A stretch of DNA of 42,971 nt from Bigelowiella natans CCMP2755 (taxonomy: Eukaryota > Protista > Cercozoa), in the NCBI GenBank assembly GCA_000320545.1, contig ADNK01002252.1, forward strand, positions 1 to 42,971. Direction: 5' to 3'. The notes beneath the pieces were generated by a model. That model searched no databases and was not told where the DNA came from. It saw only the letters and a program-made list of their open reading frames with translations. Shown here piece by piece: positions 37,720-42,971 of this stretch (position 1 is its first letter; each line of letters starts with the position of its first letter). Both the position numbers and the translations under genes were made by a program.

Positions 37720-38640
37720 GATTTGCAAATATCTAGGCATGTCTAGATGTACTGGGCTAATTGCATGTTTAGATCTACTTTTGTCGTTTTTGCTTGTCCA
37801 TTGAGCTGTTTATCAGCCACATCAATGTCTAGATTGCAATGGCTCTCTGATCCCTACCTAGCTAGCTTGACCCTGCTAGTCTGCTGAAGCTGAGATGCAC
37901 ATGGCTAGATCAGCGCACTTGACAGCACTGACCAGCTTCTCCCAGTCGCGCCCAAGCTGGCAAGTTCTGCGTGCTGGCTCAGAACATTGAACAATGATGA
38001 TGAACCACGTTTCCAAAGTCTAGAAGTGTTGCAAGACACTTGCAGTGTGCGAAACACAGTACCTCGAACTAGCTTCAGTGAGGACTGACTGGAGAAGCAG
38101 CAGGTTTTTTTTCAAATTGTCGTCTGGCCATCATGCCAGCATGGAACAATGCAACTGACAGCGATGTGGCGGCGTCCTTCGATCCACATTGTAGCATTGA
38201 TTTCAAGAAGCATGGCAAATTCGCCATGCATGTCTAGATGTGGCAGCAGCTGCAAGCTAGTGCACGGAACGCACGCTGCATGCCTTGCATCGCAGAAATG
38301 ATCTCTTGCTAGCTTGGGCCACACCATAGCACACTACTAGACTTGCTAACTTGCACAATGTCACGAATCGTACTCCCTGCTCTGTCTACTTATTCTAGCT
38401 GTGCGCTGCTGGCAAAGTCGCTTGTGCGCGGTACGTCATTCTAGCATTGCGGCTGGCTAGCTGGACTGAAATGAAGTTGACGACCTAGCGACATGCTCTG
38501 ATGCTTCAGAAACAAGCACACAGAATCGACAAGGACAACGTGCAGCGGATGACGACAAGGGGATGCGGTCTAGCGGTGCCAAAATCGGCCACATAAAGTG
38601 CACATCTACCTAGCTAGCAAGCTAGCACTAGAGCTAGGCA
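37720..38640. other. CTAG/TGCA/CATG-rich spacer block between convergent genes
   Basis: ATGTCTAGATGT at 37739-37750 and 38230-38241; CATTCTAGCATT at 38437-38448; CTAGCTAGC runs. Confidence 0.6.
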
Positions 38641-38762
38641 CGTTGCACTCCAGCACTGACTGAGCACCTTAATGGTTTCGACCCCCCAGGATGTGCGACG
38701 TACGATATATATATATATATATATATATATTGCACACAGCAAATAGCTTTTGCCATTCGTCT

Positions 38763-39341
38763 TCAGGCTAAATACCTGTATCCGTCCCCCATGTTGGAAT
38801 CTCGTTCAAGATACCTTGATGATTGGACAAAACGCAATGAAAGTAAGCCACGAGCCACCACCCCCCTCTTCACACATCTATTTTCTCTTCTAGGTGAGGG
38901 TGCAATCCACCGCAAACTTGACGCTTCTATCCTACGACACAGACGCCGAAGATCAGCAAACACTATCGACGTTCTCATTGCATTTACACGGGATTGCACT
39001 GCTGCAGAACCCCTTCGCCGTCGTAGTGTCAGTATATTCTTCTATCGTCTACACATCATGCTTGATTACTCTCGCGCCATGAGGGACTCGATGGATTGCT
39101 TTATTTGTCGTGGATCAGGTCTGAATTGATTTCTGCGCGAAGAACACACCACACACCACACACCATCACGTATTTGCTAGGGATTGTCGCATCATACGCA
39201 ATGCAGTACTCCCGTGCGAATTATGGCAGGGTTGGCGGTGTGCTGCTCATGCTACAGAGCTTTAACAGCATCCTCATCCGTGAAAAGATGAGCGATACAA
39301 GCTATAACTATTATCAGAAACTATCATCATCATCTATTACC

Positions 39342-39375
<34 letters not shown>

Positions 39376-39451
39376 GTTATTACCTTGTTGCTACCAACGA
39401 GATTACTTGCTGGATCAGATCCTATCATTATTTCGCCACACGCACGCACAC

Positions 39452-39485
<34 letters not shown>

Positions 39486-39530
39486 CACAGAATCGGCCAT
39501 CACGTGACTGTTGGGTCAAACAGACAGCGC

Positions 39531-39562
<32 letters not shown>

Positions 39563-39868
39563 CAGTGGTAGCAGTAGTACCTTGTGTCTGATCTTTACTC
39601 TACTCTTCATGATGCGGACGATGGCGCACTCTAGAGCCCCTTTCCTATCCTCACTGACCACGGCCTACCACACACATTAGTATACGATGCATTATTTGCA
39701 ACTATTGTGATTGATCTACGCACTCAATGTAACATCATACATACATATCATGCAAACACGACTACTCAGCCCATGAACCGACCATCATTGCCTTCCTTGA
39801 CTTCGACTTCTTCTCTTTGGCTGCACGGAGAGAGGAAAATAGAGAGACAGCGCAGAGAGAGAGACAGC

Positions 39869-39916
<48 letters not shown>

Positions 39917-40548
39917 AGGGAGAGGGAGAGGGAGAGGGAGAGGGAGAGAGGAAACGACATCAACAGTAACAACAACGACAATAAGAACAACATTGCTAGC
40001 CCCATCAGCAACGACATAAGGCCTGAAGGAAAGGAAAATGAAGCCGAAATACACACTGTTTGCACACAGCAGCAGCTGCAGCAGCAAAATGTAGCAGCAC
40101 AGCTAATCGTATGACTACGTCGACGACTAAGACGACGACTAAGAAGCGTACCGGGAATGTGCGAAGGGACCTTCAATCTCCTCTGGGCAGATGCAAAGCT
40201 TCGATTTGGAAATATCTAAGGAGGAGGAGGATGGTGATGGAGGCGGAGACGACACACTGCACATGCTGCTTCTCTTCTTCTTCTGTTTGTTGCTATCTGT
40301 TGTGTTGTCTCGTCGATTCTCTAACACTACCAGGAGTATACTCGTAAGGCTACTACTTCTACTACTACTATTACTATTCCAACACGTACTCGATCGGAGT
40401 CATTGTAGTCTTTGGCCGGTGACTTTCTCAGGATTTTGGACTTTACGACCAAGCACAACAATACGCGCTTTAGCACCTTAGGGAGGATGGGAAGGAGGAG
40501 TAGAAATCCAACATAGAGGGGATGATGAGAATAAGCGCCAATACGCAC

Positions 40549-40593
<45 letters not shown>

Positions 40594-41182
40594 GTATGTG
40601 CGCGTGTGTATCTTTAGCTACAAACCGACAATCCTTAAAACTCTTCCTCACTTTCTACTGTCCCCCCCCCCCTCTCTCCCCAACTCGAAGAATAATGGCA
40701 ATCAGCCACGTTATACGAATCGTGCACTGGAAGGTAAGGTAGGCAGGCTATATCCACAAATTAAGTTTTAATCTTTTCCGACATCTTGCCCCCCCCCTCC
40801 TCCTCTTCTTCTTTTTCTTGTCGCCACCACCACCACCACCGTCATCATCATCACCATCCTTACTCTCTATCGATATGGATTATTCGCACTCACCCCTGCC
40901 TCAAGCTGCGTGCGGCGCCGTATTGTCGCGATTGTGGCCCCGGTCTCCCCCTTGCAAAAGAGAATGAATGAATGGATGAATGAATGATAGCAGCGAGGAT
41001 TATGACGAGGATGGCGGGGCTAGCGAGGACGTGTTGGGAGGGATACGACGTTAGGGTTAGACACCACAACATCAATGCCCACATTCCACAACATAGAGAC
41101 AGCAGCTTACTCACGTGCTCGTTCAGAGCTAAGAGCACTGCGGCCTGAAAACCATTCACGCTGAACTCGTATCTGTCATTAG

Positions 41183-41228
<46 letters not shown>

Positions 41229-41303
41229 AAGGACACATATGTATTCATCGAATGTGGTTGGTGTCGCAACATACCAGTGTATGAATAATAATATCTTAGA
41301 ATA

Positions 41304-41344
<41 letters not shown>

Positions 41345-41406
41345 CGCGTGTGAGTGTGTGTGAGTGCGTAGGTGTGCAAATGCATGCCAATGAGGGCAGC
41401 GGTGGT

Positions 41407-41441
<35 letters not shown>

Positions 41442-42764
41442 TAGTAGCAGCAGTCCAGTACTATTCGCATCTTACTGGGTTCCAACAGTATTGTAATGAT
41501 ACGTAAGGATATGTGATGGTGATGGGACTACTAATAACTGGTGGATGGTCGTGCAGTGTTTGATTGTTGTTCTCTGTGTTATGTGTGTTGCGATCTCCCC
41601 ATACGCTCTGCTCTTGAAAGTCGCTCCGATCGTAACGGTGGCTACAGAGTGAATCTGAGTAGTAGCAGCAGCAGCAGCAGCAGCAGTGTGGAGATGGAAG
41701 GGAGAGGGGGGGGGGGGGGTAGAGGGAACAGTAACGCAAACAAATCAAAGAAAAACAAGAAAGAAAACAAGAATTAGGACACCAGCATTCCAAGCACGTG
41801 ACAACACACATACACACATTGATGACGTTTCTTCTTCTTCTTCTTCTTCTTCTTCTTCTTCTTCTTCTCAGTGATCTCACTAGTAGTACTGATCATGGTG
41901 CCGATGCTTATTTTGTTGTTAAATGATGATAATAATGACCCCTCCTCTCACGTACTCACCCATTTTAGACGTCTCCTCCTAAACTTGTCCATATAATACT
42001 TCTCAAACTCTCCTGTTATAAATATGCGAGGCGTTTTTGTGTATCTTCACATCGTATGATTCTCTCTCTTCTATTCTCTCTCTAAGATAAACGCTAAAGA
42101 GGGAGAGAAGAGGTTGATCAATGCGTTATTCCTAGCATCCTACTGTCTCCCCCCCCCCCCCCCCCGCTCCTCCTCACTATCATCTCACTACCCTTCTTCT
42201 TCTTCTTCCCTGCTATTCAGGTTCTTGTTGTTGTTGTTGTTGTTTTGTCGTTGTTATTGTTGTTTACCGAGCGTGGCGGTCATATAGTCTGGCAGCACCA
42301 AATTCTCCTCAGGATGAGAAGGCCAGAAACCCGACGTCAGCACTCGGGCATTGAAATCTCCTCCCTAATCAATTGGAGTAGTGATGATGATGACTAATGA
42401 CGATAACAATTGATAAAAAACTTGAGATGGGCAAGGTGAGGGGAGGAGGAGAGGCATGGAAGAGGGATTATTCCCAAGAGATGCATGCAATCATCACCCA
42501 CTATTATGAATGACCAGATCAAACAGGAGAGGAGAGGCCTGCTCACGCCGCGTCGCACCAGAAGCAACTGCAACCACACCGCCAGGAAGGAAGGAAGGAA
42601 GGAAGGAAGGAGGAGGCACCACGGATTTAAGAATTATCCAACACGACGATTCCCGGCTTTTACTACTACTACTACTCTTACTACTACTACTAGTCAAAAA
42701 GGAACAATTATAATAAAGATAATGATCCTTATCCTCCCCCCCCCCACCCCCCAAAAAAAACACC

Positions 42765-42799
<35 letters not shown>

Positions 42800-42971
42800 G
42801 AGGAGGAGAGGAGAAGAATATCTCGAAAACACTCCTCCTTTCCTCCTGGTAGTCTCGATTGGTCAAAAACCCCTTGGTCTTCTTACAGGGAGTACTCTTG
42901 GATAATGGTATACCCGGAGATGTTATGTCTCTCTTACCTACTTGCGAATCATTTGGAAGTGATGATGATAA
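38763..42971 (-). CDS. Cullin family protein, C-terminal part (5' end beyond window)
   Basis: Exons give FNARVLTSGFWPS, FEKYYMDKFRRRRLKW, YEFSVNGFQAAVLLALNE, LKRVLLCLVVKSKILRK, RKGALECAIVRIMKSR (neddylation motif AIVRIMK), IKQSIESLMARE and YLERDSNMGDGYRYLA*. Confidence 0.92.
39870..39950. repeat. Compound (GA)n/(GAGAGG)n microsatellite in a cullin intron
   Basis: GA run switching to a GAGAGG hexamer run. Confidence 0.9.

Noticed and set aside
2190-38640. CRISPR array, or Helitron/MITE call, for the repeated CTAG motifs
   Set aside because: Copies are dispersed rather than regularly spaced, and I could not identify terminal inverted repeats, target-site duplications, long shared homology or a transposase.
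1-42971. tRNA, rRNA or snoRNA genes
   Set aside because: No cloverleaf or rRNA-like sequence recognised by eye; intronic snoRNAs cannot be excluded without an Infernal/Rfam scan.

Overview
Gene-dense, intron-rich eukaryotic nuclear DNA with GT-AG introns and many microsatellites. The style and one bipartite-looking leader peptide suggest a secondary-plastid alga such as a chlorarachniophyte (inference only). Most ORFs in the supplied track are microsatellite or antisense artefacts, so genes were rebuilt by hand from spliced exons. In order: 3' part of a Kv-beta/aldo-keto reductase (+); a large unassigned multi-exon gene (-); a GPANK1-like zinc-finger/G-patch protein (+); a coiled-coil/Zn-finger protein (-); a weak hypothetical gene (+); NAA15 (-); NDUFB7 (+); an intron-rich gene resembling bacterial/phage Hef-like (degenerate Vsr-type nuclease + Mom-related GNAT fold) proteins with a putative signal+transit leader (-); an intronless metallophosphoesterase (+); an Elongin B-like protein (-); a Cys-rich hypothetical protein (+); an ABCG half-transporter (+); and the 3' part of a cullin (-). 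Two observations stand out. First, the apparently domesticated, possibly organelle-targeted Hef-like/Mom-like gene at 23842-28875, which is absent from the ORF track as a whole protein. Second, genes alternate in orientation almost perfectly, and the spacers downstream of 3' ends carry CTAG/TGCA/CATG-rich blocks with exact recurring 12-mers (CATTCTAGCATT x5, ATGTCTAGATGT x3). Family assignments come from motif recognition, not database searches.
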